From contig CM052816.1 in assembly GCA_028534125.1 (NCBI GenBank), forward strand, positions 65,784,001 through 65,848,000: a stretch of 64,000 nt of DNA, read 5' to 3'. The notes under the pieces were generated by a model that searched no databases, was not told where the DNA came from, and worked only from the letters and a program-made list of their open reading frames with translations. Both the position numbers and the translations under genes were made by a program. This document shows positions 39,014 to 53,120 of the stretch, piece after piece (within the stretch, counting starts at the first letter, position 1; every line of letters starts with the position of its first letter). This DNA comes from Lama glama. Its lineage: Eukaryota.

Positions 39014-39178
39014 CAGTGTCTCTCAAAACTGAAGGTACACACTTAACTCCTGGGATCTTGTTCAAATGCAGGTTTTGATTGAGTAGGTCCAGGGTAGGAC
39101 CTGATATTCCATTCTACATCTCTAACAAGCTCCAAGATGCTGCTGCTAATCCTTGGACACCAGGTTGAATAGAAAGGG
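39014..39178 (+). mobile_element. hAT-Charlie MITE (MER5A-like)
   Basis: CAGTGTCTCTCAAA...CTTGTTCAAATGCAGGTTTTGATTGAGTAGGTCCAGGGTAGGACCTGA...TCTAACAAGCTCC. Confidence 0.8.
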
Positions 39179-39529
39179 TTTATGAGATAGATGTTAGAGT
39201 ATATTTTTCAGATAGAGTAAATTTTGCAAATAAATGCAAGTGTCTTACTCCATGTGAAATCAGTTTAAAAAAAAAAGCCTTTTAGTAGAATCCAAAAGTA
39301 ATCCTAATTCTTATTAGTATAGGAGAGACTTCATAATATAATCAACTGATGCAAGAACAAAATATTTAGACACTGAAAATAAATCATGAAGACTTTTGTA
39401 AATACTTCAAATAACTACATATCCACACATATCCACAGCTTTTATTAGTTTACTTCTGGCTGACAGAAAGAGTCTTAAGATGACACTGTTGAGAGGAAAG
39501 ATGAGTATGAAAGGTCATGAATGTAAGCT

Positions 39530-40850
39530 ATTTTTTCAATTGAAGTATAGTTGATTTACAATGTTGTGTTAGTTTCTGGTGTACAGCATAGTGATTCCAT
39601 AATACATATATATTCTGATTCATATTCTTTTTCATTATATGCTATTGCAAGGTATTGAATATAGTTCCCTGTGCTGTATGTTAGAACCTTGTTGTTTATC
39701 TGTTTTATATATAGTAGTTTGTATCTGCTAATCCCAAACTCCTAATATATCCCTCCCCTTCATTGCCCTTTGATAACCATAAGTTTCTTTTATATGTCTG
39801 TGAGTCTATTTCTGTCTTGTAAATAAATTCAGGTCATTTTTTTTAGATTCTACGTATAAGAGGTATCATATGATATTTGTCTTTCTCTGTCTGATTTACT
39901 TCACTTAGTATAATAATCTCTAGGTCCATCCATGTTGCTGCCATTGGCATTATTTCATTCTTTTTATGGCTGATTAATATTTCATTATATGTATATACCA
40001 CATCTTTATCCAGTCATCTGTTGATGGACATTTAGTTTACTTCCGTGGCTTGGCTATTGTAAATTGTGCTTCTGTGAACACTGGGGTACAGGTATCTTTT
40101 CAAATTAGAGTTTTTTCTGGATATATGCTCAAGAGTGAGGTTGCTAGATCATGTGGTAACTCTATTTTTGTTTTTTAAGTATCCTCCATACTGTTTTCCA
40201 TAGTAGCTGCACCAAACTACATTCCTTCCCACCAGCAGTGTAGGAGGGTTCCCCTTTCTCCACGCCCTCTCCAGCATTTATTGTTTGTGGGTTTTTTAAT
40301 GAAGTTTATTCTGACTGGTGTGAGGTGATGCCTCACTGTAGTTTTGACTTGCATTTCTCTTACAATTAGTGATATTGAGCATCTTTTCATGTGCCTATTT
40401 GCCATCTGTGTGTCTTTGGAGAAATGTCTGTTTAGGTCTTCTGCCCATTTTTGGATTGGGTTGTTTGTTTTTTTGATATTAAGCTGTAGGATCTGTTTGC
40501 ATATTTAGGAAATTAAGCCTTTGTCAGTCATATTGTTTGCAAATATTTTCTCCTATCCTGTAGGTTGTCTTTTTGTTTTGTTTATGGTTTGCTTTACTGT
40601 GCAAAAGCTTGTAAGCTGATGAGGTCCCATTTGTTTATTTTTGCTTTTATTTCTGTTGCCTTGGGAGACTGATCTAGTATAACATTGTTGTGATTTATAT
40701 CAGAATGTTTTTGCCTATGTTCTTTTCTAGGAGATTCATGGTGTCATGTCTTGTGTTTAAGTCTTTAAGCCAGTTTGAGTTTATTTTTATGTATGGTGTT
40801 CTGACGTCATTGATTTACATGCAGCTGTCCAGCTTTCCTAACACCACTTT
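39530..40850 (-). mobile_element. 5'-truncated L1, about 1.3 kb, with degenerate ORF2 C-terminus
   Basis: The minus-strand ORF 40217-40405 ([29 protein letters not shown]...[18 protein letters not shown]) is the L1 ORF2 C-terminal region; the L1 3'UTR lies toward 39530. Confidence 0.93.
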
Positions 40851-41274
40851 ACACTGTTTTTCTTGTTGGTTTTTTTTTTTTGAGACATTCAGAATGAGAT
40901 TGCCAAGACATCTTTTGCATCAAAAGCTTGGTTAATGAGTCGTCATTTTCCATGAGTGATTTAAGCCACTGAAAAAGAGCCTGGAGACGTATCTATAATA
41001 AGACTTAGAGAAACTGAATCTGATATCTAGCCCCATCCACCAGTAGGGTTTCCATTCTTGGAGAAAAGTTTGTATTGCTTCTGAGAAAGCTGACTACCAT
41101 CCTATGCCACTAGAAATATCAGTAAGGTTGTGTTAAAAACTTGATGATCACTGGCCACTTTTCGAGCATTTTATTTATCCTTAACTGTTGGTGACAGTGA
41201 ACTAAGGAGAGGGGAAGCCATGGGCCAGTACATCTTTTAGTTTTCCTTGTTTAACAATGAAAACTTAGGGGTGA

Positions 41275-41512
41275 CCAGCTATTATATATAAAATAGATAA
41301 GATAAACAGCAAGGCCCCACTGTATAGCACAGGGAACTATATTCAATACCTTGTAATACCCTATAATGAAAAAGAATATGAAAAGGAATACATATATATA
41401 TGTATGTATATGTATATACATATGTTTATATATATAACTGAATCACTATACTGTACACCAGAAATTAACACAACATTCTAAACTAACCGTACTTCAATAA
41501 AAAATTTTTTTT
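41275..41512 (+). mobile_element. Short L1 3' end
   Basis: ATAAAATAGATAA...CAAGGCCCCACTGTATAGCACAGGGAACTATATTCAA...AATAAAAAA; near-TSD AACT(T/A)AGGG(G/A)TGA. Confidence 0.88.
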
Positions 41513-42979
41513 AACTAAGGGATGATTTAATAAATGGAAATCATTTTTTATTTTAACACCTGCAAGAAAGTCCTTCCCATAAATCATTTTGTATGTTGTA
41601 AGAAGACATAATGTAGGTTTTAATATTCAAATCCAATCTCAGACTGCAATTATTTACTATTTATTATATAATTTACCATGCAAAATTTTATTTCTTATTT
41701 TTATATAAATTTTCTTCATTATCATAGTGATGGAGTCCCAGCAAGCAACATTTCTCTAGGTCACATTTACGTGGTGATCAAAATTTAAGCTATATGAGTT
41801 TTGCTTGGAAGACCAGCAACCAGCTGAGCTAGATTTCCATTCTCATCTTGGCTCTGTATACATCAGGCAGGTTACTTAACTTCTCTGGGCCTCAGCTTTC
41901 TCATGTGAAATTTAGTGTATAGACTATATAATTACTATATTCCTCTAATTTTATAGAAATAGTGTTATGGCGGTGTACGAAAACTATGACCTTGAATATA
42001 TGCCTAAATATTTCTCAGTACATCAAGCATGAATTCATTAAATCAGCACCAAGCCCAGGTAAGACTGAAGAATAGTTTGATGTCCCTCTGAACTTATAAG
42101 CAATTCAATGTTCATTGAACAAATGTAAATTGAGAACACATAATCCTCTAGATGTATAAAGTCTCAAAATTTATGCTCTCAACTCTGATATATGTTGTTT
42201 CAATCAGGGGTTGGCAGGCTTTCAAAAGTGACCCTGTTGCTAACACTACTCTTCAGAGTTATAACTGCTAGTAATAACTACTATTCAAAAAAATAATAAT
42301 TGTTATTCTGAATGCTAGTAAGTATAAGCAAGAGGGTGAGTGTGAAAATGAAGACTGATTCTTACCTGATGTTATGTATTCTGAGATTCCAAAGAAGACA
42401 CCTCCCTGATCTCTACTCTCAAGTGGATTAATGTGAAATTAATGGATTATTTACTAGTCCAGTTGGCTCAACTGGCTTATATGCAATTACTAATAATTTA
42501 AACTCTGCCACATTGCCAAATTAAAATTTAGGTGCTCTTAAGATGAACATGATAATTCTAAAATTTCAATTTAATAAATGAGAGGATTAGTGAAAATTAT
42601 ATGGAGAAGCAAATCCAAATATGGTAATTTACAGTTCAAAGGGGAAAGGTATTTGTCATCTCTCAAGAGCCACTAGACCACAAAATATCAACATTAGAGA
42701 TGAGTGCAAGCACAGGGAGAAATGATGCAGATAAGATACGCCATGTGTGGTAGATTCTGGAATTTGTCAGAGATAAGGAGTGAAGCTTAGCCTTTTCTGG
42801 GTTAAGTCTGGGATGAAATAAAATGATAGGCAATGACTATGTATTTACAAAGTTCTTTCCTGTCAAGGTCTCCAGAGATATTCAACGTCATAAGATATAT
42901 CCACATTGCTTTTAAGTACCTAATTCAGGTTAGATAACACATTGTTATCTAGAAAGAGAGTATGCAGAACATCATGCAT

Positions 42980-43215
42980 TTAAAGTGAATAGTTTAGATT
43001 TTTAATTGAGCAGAGATTCCTTTAGTTCAAATTGTAGCTCTTCATTTCGCCAGTGTATGACATTTTTTAACTTCCTTAACTATACTCGGTTTCAGTTGCC
43101 TCTGCACCTACCCCATTTACTACTGTGAGTATTGAGCGGGATAATGCATGTGTAGCCCTCTGACCAGTACCTGGCATATAGTGAGCCATCAGTTTGTGCT
43201 AGTTATCATTACTAA
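42980..43215 (+). mobile_element. MIR
   Basis: GTTCAAATTGTAGCTCTT...ATAATGCATGTG...AGTACCTGGCATATAGTGAGCC. Confidence 0.7.
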
Positions 43216-43913
43216 CAATAGGCTACAAATTTCTTTTCATTGAAGATAAATTTGAGTATGAGTAGGAAGTTCGTTTATGGAGCAAGTCTGATTCTCTGCT
43301 TTCTTTTCTATGGTGCCCATTATTAAAAAAAAAAAAAAAAAGGAAGAAGAAGAAGAAATAACAATCACCAGCCATTAACCCTTTAAAAGTGGGTGGAATT
43401 TATGCTATACATACATACAAGCATATGTGCATATATGTGTATGTTTGAATATATGTGTGTGTACATGTGTATGTGCCACTCCTAGGAAAGTTGGATTTCT
43501 CATATTTAGTAACTATTCTGAAATGTCTGTGTAGACCTAGCCAAGAGTCATGTATACAACCGATGTTCAACCTGTATTTACAGAATTTAATTTTTTTACC
43601 TTTCAAATCACAATTATTGCTTTTTCTGGTTGTCAAATGATGACAATAACCCCTTGACTTTTGTGATTTGGGCTATTATGAGGAACCCTGGGGCTTCATG
43701 GCAGGTAGTAATTTGATCCCACATACAACCAAGCTCTTCTGTGGATTTAAGTTACATAACTACTGAACGAGCCTGTCTATCACCCAGTATCCAGGTCAGA
43801 ATGTGGGTTCCTCTTTGTCATTCTTCCCTGCAAATGCAGGAACTCCAAAGTCATACACATTGAATCTGTGTAGAAAAATATCCCCCAGAAGATATCTGAC
43901 TGCTAATCTAGAC

Positions 43914-44234
43914 CTGTGTAGTCCAACAGGTAACCACAGAGCACTTGAACTATGGCTAACCCAAGTGAGATGTGCTGTAAAGCGTTTAAGTGCAAAATGC
44001 ACAGAAGATTTCAAATACTTATGGTGAACAAAAGTAAAAAATACCTTACTAGCAATTGTTATATTAATTACATGTGTCAATAATAAATTTTGCGCATATT
44101 GAGTTAAATATATTATTAAAATTAATTTCACTTGATTTTTCAGAAATCTGTTTGTATTGTGGTTTTAGAAAATTTAAAATTACACATATGGCCCCCATTC
44201 ATGGTTCCCATTATGCTTCTGTTGGACAGCACTG
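43914..44234. mobile_element. hAT-Charlie MITE (MER33/MER3-like) with 8-bp TSD
   Basis: Degenerate terminal inverted repeats (..GTCCAACA / TGTTGGACAGCACTG); TSD ATCTAGAC at 43906-43913 and 44235-44242. Confidence 0.85.
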
Positions 44235-46769
44235 ATCTAGACCAAAGTAACAAGAAAGAAAACAATAAAGATAATGATAATTCTTAGAAAAATGATGAAA
44301 AGTTTGAAATTTAAAGTGATTAATGAGATCAAATTCTATGAATCAGTTCACCATAGTCCACCATATGTTTGTTTTCAAAACAAGAAAAACTGGGGGATTT
44401 TTTATAAAGCATTCTAGTCAGTGTAGAATTGCTCAGTAAGAATTAAAACATTGGCAAACCAGGGCTGTGAATAGAAGTGAGATTCTAAGAAAGACAAGGA
44501 GACTGCAGACATTTCTATAAAGTAACAAGCAGTAAAAGCACCAATGAGAATGTTTATTTATTTCACCAAACTTTCTAAGGGAAATTATGTCCTGTAGTAT
44601 TATCAGCAGATTTGGGGGTTTCTGAAGATCCTAGATGCATTTGAATGTCAAGGATATAATGCAGTTTCCCCTGGGATTCTTACACTTAATGATCTCTTGT
44701 TAACCCCAAGATGTCGAGGCTTGGAGTAGTTCAGTAAGTCTTTCAAGGGTGCACAGCAGTTCTGATCTGTAACGGGCATTCAGATCTGTGTGACTCTAAG
44801 CTCACATGACAAAGTGTATGTGCCCTTGAGACTTTGGTTTCTGGAGCCACTCTGCTAAATAATGCTTCTATGCTCAAATAGTTTTAAGGAAAAAAACTGC
44901 CTATTCTATTTGCCCTTCAAACATTATCCATTCATTAGCATACTAAAAGCACTGGGAAGTACTGAAAAACCATTTAACTTTGTTATTTTTTTTTTCTCAA
45001 ACTTATTTTATGACACAACACCTCTTCCCTTCCACGTGCATCTGTGGATCACCAATGTATTCTGGAACTAACCTATTGGAAATCTAGAACACTATGTGGA
45101 AACACTAGAATATTTTCAACTGCCTGCTATCATCTCTCATTATTGATCACTAGGGAAAATGAGTTTGAGAAAGTATAAAATATTCAGGAAAATGTATACA
45201 TTAGTGTTCAGATGGCTCACTTCGAGCTTGATTAGAGTACCAAACCTAAGATGTAAAAATATACTTGGATGTATTGCTTGGTTATTCATATATTGATAGT
45301 ATGTGATCCAAAGAGATTCAAAGAAAGCTGTGTTTAGACCCATCACTGTCTAGGAGTCTGCTCGCCGTGGGCAAAGAGTAGGGCTTGCATCTAATGAAGC
45401 TATCCTTCTGAGTAAGAACTTCCTGGGATTTGGAAAGGCATTGATAAGATAACAGATACATCATCTCCATCAACACATAAATGGGTACACAGCTGGTGCT
45501 ACAGACATGGTTGACAAAAGTGTCATAATGTATTTCTTATTTTACATTTTTTTTAAATTTTTCAACTTTTTTCTATATATTGTGCTGAAAATGCCATGGA
45601 GGGTCATGAAAACAGACTGTTGTTAAAAGTTGCTAGAGAAGTGATACATTTGCCAGAGTTTAAGTCAAAAATAAAAGCTTATTGTTATTTAGCTCTTCTG
45701 TATTCTGAAATCAAGCATTTCTCAGGGGCACTTCTGCCCTCAGTCTGTCCCCTGAGGTCTTGGATGCTTATACTGTATACTTATACTGGAGTTTCCGATT
45801 AGCATCCTGATCATACTCCTTTTCACGTCTAACATACTTTGATTATCTTGGATTCAGAACATGATCCTCTACCTTCTTCATGGAAGAAACAATTTGGGAG
45901 CATGAGCTCAGTGGTAACAAGTTTCAAGAGCCAATGGCATACGCATTCTTTCAGCCCTGCTTAGCCAGACATACTTTGGAGATAACCAGCCCCTTTAGAT
46001 TTGACACTTCAAGGAATCCTAAAATAAACTAAACAAGGATGTGAGATTGTTGAGCCCTTGATTTCCTTGTGCAAAATTTAGTTCACTGAGGAGACTGTTT
46101 TCACCAAGTCATAGGCTACATAGTGTAATGGAAGACCTTTGTGTTGATGTAAGTTATTACTAACAGGGATTGTGGACCGAGATGCTAGCTCTAGGTTCTG
46201 TCCTGACCTTTCCGCATAGCTTGGCCTCCCTATCTTTGCCTCTGTAAGGTAGGGCTGTTTTTCTCTTTTTCTGGTCATCTCATAAGTGTGCTATGAGATT
46301 CAAACAAGATCATGCTTGTGAAATAACATAGTCTTATCATGGGAGGCAACATTTGCTGATGAGCATCACGATTGAATGGAACCTTAAAGAATCCTTAAGA
46401 GTCTGTCTGAAACATTCACGTGAAGTCATATATGAAGCCAGTGGTTCTTTTGATTTTTAACCTGTGAACTTTCTCAAGTCTCTTCCACAACATCCCTACC
46501 CATTACCAAAGAAAAGCAGTTTACAGTCATGTGTTTTGTAACATGAATGAAGATGGGAATGAAAGTAGTCAGGAAGAGGGCCCACAAGCTAGAGAAGGAT
46601 CCCAGGCCATTCCTAGCTTTGCACTAATGCCCCGTGACCTCTTAAAATTTCTTCATAACCTCTCAAAAGTCCCCAAGAATACCTTGGAGGCAGAAAAAAT
46701 GACTTTATGAAATCATTCTGAATGTTCTAGTAGTGCTGTGTGCAGTTGAGTTCAACTCAACTTCTCATC

Positions 46770-47000
46770 CAGTATAGTCCTGGTCTACGGAGTCAGATGA
46801 GGTCAGTCTACTGCCTCCTGGCTGATTCTACCACGTGCTAATTGTGTTTGTTATCTCTGCTCCAGTGTTTTTATCTGTAAATGGAAATAATAATAGTACC
46901 CAACTCACTGGGTTTTCGTAGGGATTAGTAATATAATTATGTCAAGTGCTTAGTGTAGTACCTGGCATTTGGTAAATACCCCATAAATGTTAGATGTTTA
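46770..47000 (+). mobile_element. MIR
   Basis: ATCTGTAAATGGAAATAATAATAGTACCCAACTCA...GTGCTTAG...CCTGGCA...ATAAATGTTAG. Confidence 0.8.
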
Positions 47001-47859
47001 TTTCTGCTGCTGCTGCGATGCCCAGCAAACATCATTAAAGAGGGATATTTATGAATGCCTTTCGCTTGTACTAATGCCTTTAAAGATGTACCAATAGTGC
47101 CTTTAAGGGGGTACCAAAGGGGTAATAATGCCAAACTACAGTAGGCTCCTGGCTACCAAATTCTGTTCTGGCAAAACTACAACTTGTTTTAAATGGTTCT
47201 TTGTTTTATAAAAATGAATTTAGATTGAATAGATGCTATGATCCCTTTCTTTGGCAAGCAGACCCTTCAGTTTTCAGGGTTAAGAGAAGTTTATATAGAT
47301 GTTAGCTTTTCAAGACACTACTTAGGAAACAAAACAGTTAGCTTTAGCTAAACTCAAGATACTAATTCCCAAGTCTGTGACTGTACTTGAAGAGAGTGAC
47401 TTAGATTTTGAAGGTCTTAAAGCTTCCATGTTATCTTTTTATACAAAGAATAATAATCAAACATTAATCTCTGGAGTCATTTTCAACACATACCTATGAA
47501 CGAATAGAATTCATACCTTCCTCTTTACTTCTCAGAATACTAAGATAAATTTCCTTGATAACTAAAAATGCACTTTTATCAGATTTTAAGCTTTTTAATT
47601 GTTGTAAATGTTTTCTTTAATAACACTGTCTGAATACATAACTTTAACAAATAAAATTTCCATAGAATGTATTAAACATAGTATCAGGAAAATATTCAGC
47701 ATAAGTCGTGTAAAACTTAAAAGAAATTATATGCCCAGTTCAGATATATAACAAAGCTTAGCTACATCTTAGCTGGAGAAAATGAGGCTCTTAAATTCTA
47801 TAAATCACATCAAATCAAATCATTGATCTGCTTGGCCACATACAGGTATAAAGTTGTCT

Positions 47860-48395
47860 GACCCAAATCCATGTGCCAGATGCTATTGCAGGGTCAATCA
47901 AGGAGAAAGGGCAGCTCATGCTCCAAAGAACCAAACTCCTGATGACTTTCAAGGAAGTGTTTTTAAAGGCAACATTTAGGGTGAGGGCTGCAGAGTGCAC
48001 GACTTTCTTCTGATTCTGGTGAGGTAATGGGTGATGTTTCAGGAATCTTAATCAACCTTCTGGCTCCACCCAGTCTGGGGTATCCCTGTTTCTGTTCAGC
48101 AGATAGTCACCATCCTCCACGTGGGTGGGGTCTTAGTTCCTGCAGAACAACCCAAAGATATGCATCAGATTATAATGTGTCTCCCTTGAGGAAGAACTTG
48201 GACTCTGCTTTATCACTGACTTATTGTTTCTTGACTGCTTTTCCTTTCAGCATTCCCTCGTTTCCCTATTAGTAACTGCTTGAATCTGCTCTTTGGAACT
48301 CAGGGAAAGCCTCCGAAATGGAAGCCATTTTCTACAGATAAGAAACATGGGACTTAGCGGGGCTTTTCTATCCAGCAGGACCCTGCTAGGTTTCA
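47860..48395 (-). mobile_element. ERV1-type LTR (MER41-like, partial)
   Basis: Shares the CCTCCAC-TGGGT...CTTAGTTCCTGCAG...CCCTTGAGGA...GCTTTATCACT block with 49475-50070; ends GGTTTCA. Confidence 0.7.
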
Positions 48396-49474
48396 AAAAC
48401 TTATTCTAAAGATGCTGGCAGTAACTATCAATTAATAGTCTTTTAACAAAAGGAAAAATATTTCACTTTAGCTGCATTTTTCTGGGAAATATCTTAGTGT
48501 GGGACATTCTAGACTCCAACTTCGGATAAGCTGCTAGATTTTTAAAAATAAGATTCTTACTGTTTTATATCTATATTTGAAATATCTAACTTACTGCTCC
48601 CATTTCATGTTTTTAATTTTTACTATAGCTGCCCATAGACTAATGCAATGTAAATGCACCAATCTGTGAAATGAAGTTTCAAAGAATCCCATATATACAA
48701 GCTTTTGGTAATAGAGCAAATTATTATGACAGGCAGGACTGAGGTTTAATTTGGGGTTAATTGTTTGTAAAACATCCCCTTGTGTTTTCACACAAATATT
48801 AGACCTAAATATTTGGGCTGTAAAATGTGAAAAGCCAACAGTAGACAATTTAAGAAGCACACAGGCTTGATTTACCAAAGAATTAGGCCGGGTCAGGGTG
48901 GGCTGGTTCAACAGAGGGACTGATGCAAGCAGCTTGTCTTCTGAGATCTTTGTTCATCCTTCTCCCCTTCCTGTGACCCCTGTCTCCTCAAAGCCAAAGC
49001 CCTTGCTTGTTCTATATTCTCCTTAGTCGAATCTGCTCACAGTAAATTGTAAAAAAAAAAAAAGACTCAAAGGTGTAAATAAATAGTTAGACGTAAAGGA
49101 ATGTTTTCCACCTCAGGGACTTTTGCATTCTCACATGAACTGAGCATTGAGTAGGCAGACTGAATCCCTCACGGGGTCCGATCCTGTGTCAGGGACACAG
49201 AACTTCTGGGTGGGCAGAGGGCTTGTCAGGCACTCCAGGTAATCATTTGCTACCACGGCTTATAGGTTGATGATGGAGGAGAGGAAGAAGAAGTCCGGGA
49301 AAGAGGAAAGGATTGAGGTTTAGATACATTAAGTCCAGACTATAGGCCTGGCCTCTGCTGGCTATTTTCAGTGCTAATTTGGTTAATCCTCTCCACAAAT
49401 CCAGGAGGTGGGCTTTATCATTACATACACACCCCCTTTTGTGTGAGATAATTGCTTTGAGAACAGAAATCATG

Positions 49475-50070
49475 TGATTACCTGAAAACTGGGTTCACCT
49501 CTTTGTGGGAGTCAAGCCAAAAGACACAACCACACCAAAGCGTGGGAGAAGGAAGTATTTATTATTATTTGCAGCAAGTAGGGATAACACTGGGGATCTT
49601 TCCCAAAGCAGTGTCTCCCCAAACAGCAAAATTGGGGAATTTTTAAGCTAAGGGTATATGCATATTCATGAAGGGGCTAGAGCAGAGGAGATTTCAGCAC
49701 AGAATTGGGGCAAAGGTCAACAGAGTCCAAGTCTTAGTTGTTGAAGTCGAGGGTCCGCATCATCCTTCCTTCCTCCACCTGGGTGAGAGCCTTAGTTCCT
49801 GCAGGACTCAAAGATGTATAACTACGTACATCCCTTGAGGAGAAACTAGAACTCGGCTTTATCACTATTTTTGACTGCCTTTTCTCTGTTCCTGCATTCC
49901 ATATTTCCCTTAAGATCATTAATTACTGAGACCCGTTCCATAGACTAATGCAATGTATGATGGCCAGGTTTAGACCACAAAATGGCTTAGGCCAAAAACG
50001 GCTTCTCTTATGTCAGGAAAGCCATTCCTGGTTCTCTCTCTCCAGGAACCCCCTAACCTATCTGCTTGCA
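49475..50070 (-). mobile_element. ERV1-type solo LTR inserted in a MIR
   Basis: TG...CA ends, TTTATT (minus-strand AATAAA) near 49558, homologous to 47860-48395; MIR-like sequence resumes after 50070. Confidence 0.75.
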
Positions 50071-52976
50071 GCGTGGGTAAGTGGCTTGCTGAAGGTCATA
50101 TTGCTGGTAGACAGCTAGGAAGCTGAGGTTTGAACCCTGGGCTACCTAGCTCTGCAACTAGCCTTTTTTAAACTACACCTTCTAATAACATGAACCAAAA
50201 ATGCCTTTCCAAAGATACGATAATCATTGTAAATAGGAACAAAGGGAAATCGTCCAAAAGCAGCTCAGCTGAAGTTACTGATGGACAGGAAAAAGGAAGT
50301 GCAAACTTTTTTCTACAAGCATTTCCTCTGAGGATCACGTTCCCTGGCTGTCTGGCCTGGTGAAATTATACCTTCCCTGATGGCTTGGAGCTGAGCATGC
50401 CCTTCTTTCTGTCAAGGGCAGCTTAAAGTTCATGGAATAGTTTATTTGATGCTTGTGGGTACCAATTTCAGGCAGCAAGATGCTACTTTCAGAGACTAAA
50501 TTAGCTTTCGTCAGAGTCCCAGCAAAAAGCGATACAACTAAATTGATTACTTTAAAGTGCCTTCTCAGTTATTTTATTGCTTCTTGAGCCAATTTGTTCT
50601 CCCAGTGGTGTCACTGTTACAGACTTAGTCTATTCTGTATTCTCATTTTATGAATAGGAATCATCTGACTATGGCCATAGACGTCTCATCTAGACCATTT
50701 TTCTCAGAATTACAAAGATGGGGAAAATTCCAATCCATACTTGTTCCAAATGGCAGGGAGTGGCTTAAGAACTTATTTCTGTAATCTTTTGAACTGTTTA
50801 TATTATTTATATGAATACTGCCATTGGTTGTAAGCAGGCTTGTATCTAGTCACTGATAAGGGTACGGGAAGTTGTGATAAAACCAAAGCAATCTGCTGCC
50901 ATCTAGCTTTTTCTATTTCCATCTTAAGGAGTTTCCTTCATCATTTTACAAAAAGATAATTTTTTAAAAAAGCAATTCTTCTTTCATGCCTGAGAGGGAG
51001 ACACTTGTCATGGTACCAAAGAATCTTTTTTAAAAAATTGTCCTTATTTTACTTGCGTCTTTATTTTAAATTGATCTTTGCGTAAAAATGATGGTCTAAA
51101 CTCAGTACAATAACTAAGCATCGACCCTCCCCCTCCAATAGGGACTTTTTTTTTTTTTTTTGGAGCAAAAATTAATAGCCACCACCATGACCTTGGACAG
51201 CGCTGTGAAGCCAATGCAATTCTTTGTTGCTGTCTTCCTTTTTTCCAGAGTCAGGGCACTTTTCAATGTCCACAGCTGTGTCCTCTGCAAAATGGGCACT
51301 TTGCTGTCTGAAGATGCCTACTGTTGCTATTCTCCTGCTCTGAGACCAAGGAGGCAGGATGAGCTTTAGCACCATTTCATTTATAGAGCATTTAGTCCAT
51401 CAACTGCACTGGACTGGACTGGCTCTGAGGAAACAGGTGGATAAAACAGACATGTTACTGTCCTCCCAAGTCTGACAATCATTGAACATGGCATCCCTAA
51501 ATTAAATGCATAATTTGATAAAGGGCATCAAAAGAGAAATAAAGATCCCAAGAAGATATTGTAAAGGGGAGAATCAATTGATATAGGAGTGGGAAATCAA
51601 AGCTTCTGGGAGGAAATATGTAAGAGGAGAAATGAAGTGTGAATAGGAATTAGCCAAGTGGAAAACAAAGATAGCATATTTTATGAAGAGGGAAAAATAT
51701 GTGCTAATAACATTTCAAAAAGAGGTGGGAAAAGCCAGAGGATTTACATCATTTTTACTAATGAGTAACTGGCTGACTGGTTTATCTCTTCTATGGATGC
51801 TATGCATACAGTGTGATTAATTACTAGGATATAAGAAGAAATTTATTTCCAGGAATAGGGAGGTGAGGAGGAGGCCTTGTTAATGTTATGGACCCATGTT
51901 TACATAGTTCTGCTTTGCCTGTAAACCTCGGTAAAATAATAGTGATACCAAGGGGTGGTACCATACGCTTTCCCAGTGTACTCACAGCTAATATAAAATC
52001 TAAATACCATGTAACCAGTGTGCTTACTAAGCAAACACAGTATCAAGGGAAGTCCTCTGGATTGATCACCTTCTCCAACTTGTTTCCCCTAATTCCTTCC
52101 CATTGAGTGGTTTTTGGCAGGCAAATTGCCAATCCTACAAAGGCTAGCAGATCTATGTAGAAAGGACAGTATTAAATTTGGAACCACTCGGAGATGTAAT
52201 GATTCTGTATGTTTTGTGTGTAAGGTTTGTATAAGAGAGCCCTAAAACTTAGCATGAAACAAACAGGTGAGGGTGTGTACTATTCAGCTAAGCAGTAATA
52301 TTATTCTATTTAAAGACTTTGTAGCTTTGGATAAGCATAAACAAGATCTTCAGGTTTAGAGATTTGCATACGTTCTTTAACAATGTATTATTTGCATTAC
52401 AATACATACAATTTTGTATATACTTAACGAGATTACTGGTCTGGGGTTTCAGGATGTATATAAAATACAATTAAAGTGTTACAATTAAATCTAAATCATC
52501 CCCACAAGAAATAACCCTAGCTGGTTATTTACTAAAGAATCTTGAATCTAGTAGTAGATCAAGGAAAAAACCCCCAAGGAGACTTTAATTAGAACTCTTT
52601 AGGACTTAGCAGACCTGGAACCAAAATCTCTCCATAAAAGTGAATAATGCCTTGGGCTATGTGAATTATAAAATCTGAAGCCATAAAAGCACTGCAACAG
52701 CTGATTTTAATTGCTCTGATAATGAGATGGAGAGAGGCGCACTCTGCTTCCTGAATTTATATTAGAAATAGATGGGATTCTTGCCAACGGTGTATCACAG
52801 TTGTGAGGTGTTGTGCACAGGGAATGTAAAAAATTTTTTGAAAAATTTTTAAAAACAGGTGGACAACAAACATTCTATGTCATTCTATGCCTTCACTCAT
52901 GGAGAAAGAGATTACAATAATCTTTATGTGAAAGATTATTGTGGGTTTCTCACAATGTCCCTCCTTTTCCAAATAA

Positions 52977-53120
52977 TTTTTTTTAATTAGAAGTATAGTC
53001 AGTTTACAATGTTGTATCAACTTCTGGTGTACAACATGTTTCAGTCATACATATAAATACATTTACTCGTTTCCATATTCTTTTTTAGTGTAGGTTACTA
53101 CAAGATATTGAATATAGCTC
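52977..53120 (-). mobile_element. Short L1 3' end
   Basis: TTTTTAATTAGAAGTATAGTCAGTTTACAATGTTG...CAAGATATTGAATATAG; near-TSD CCAA(A/C)TAATTTT. Confidence 0.85.
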
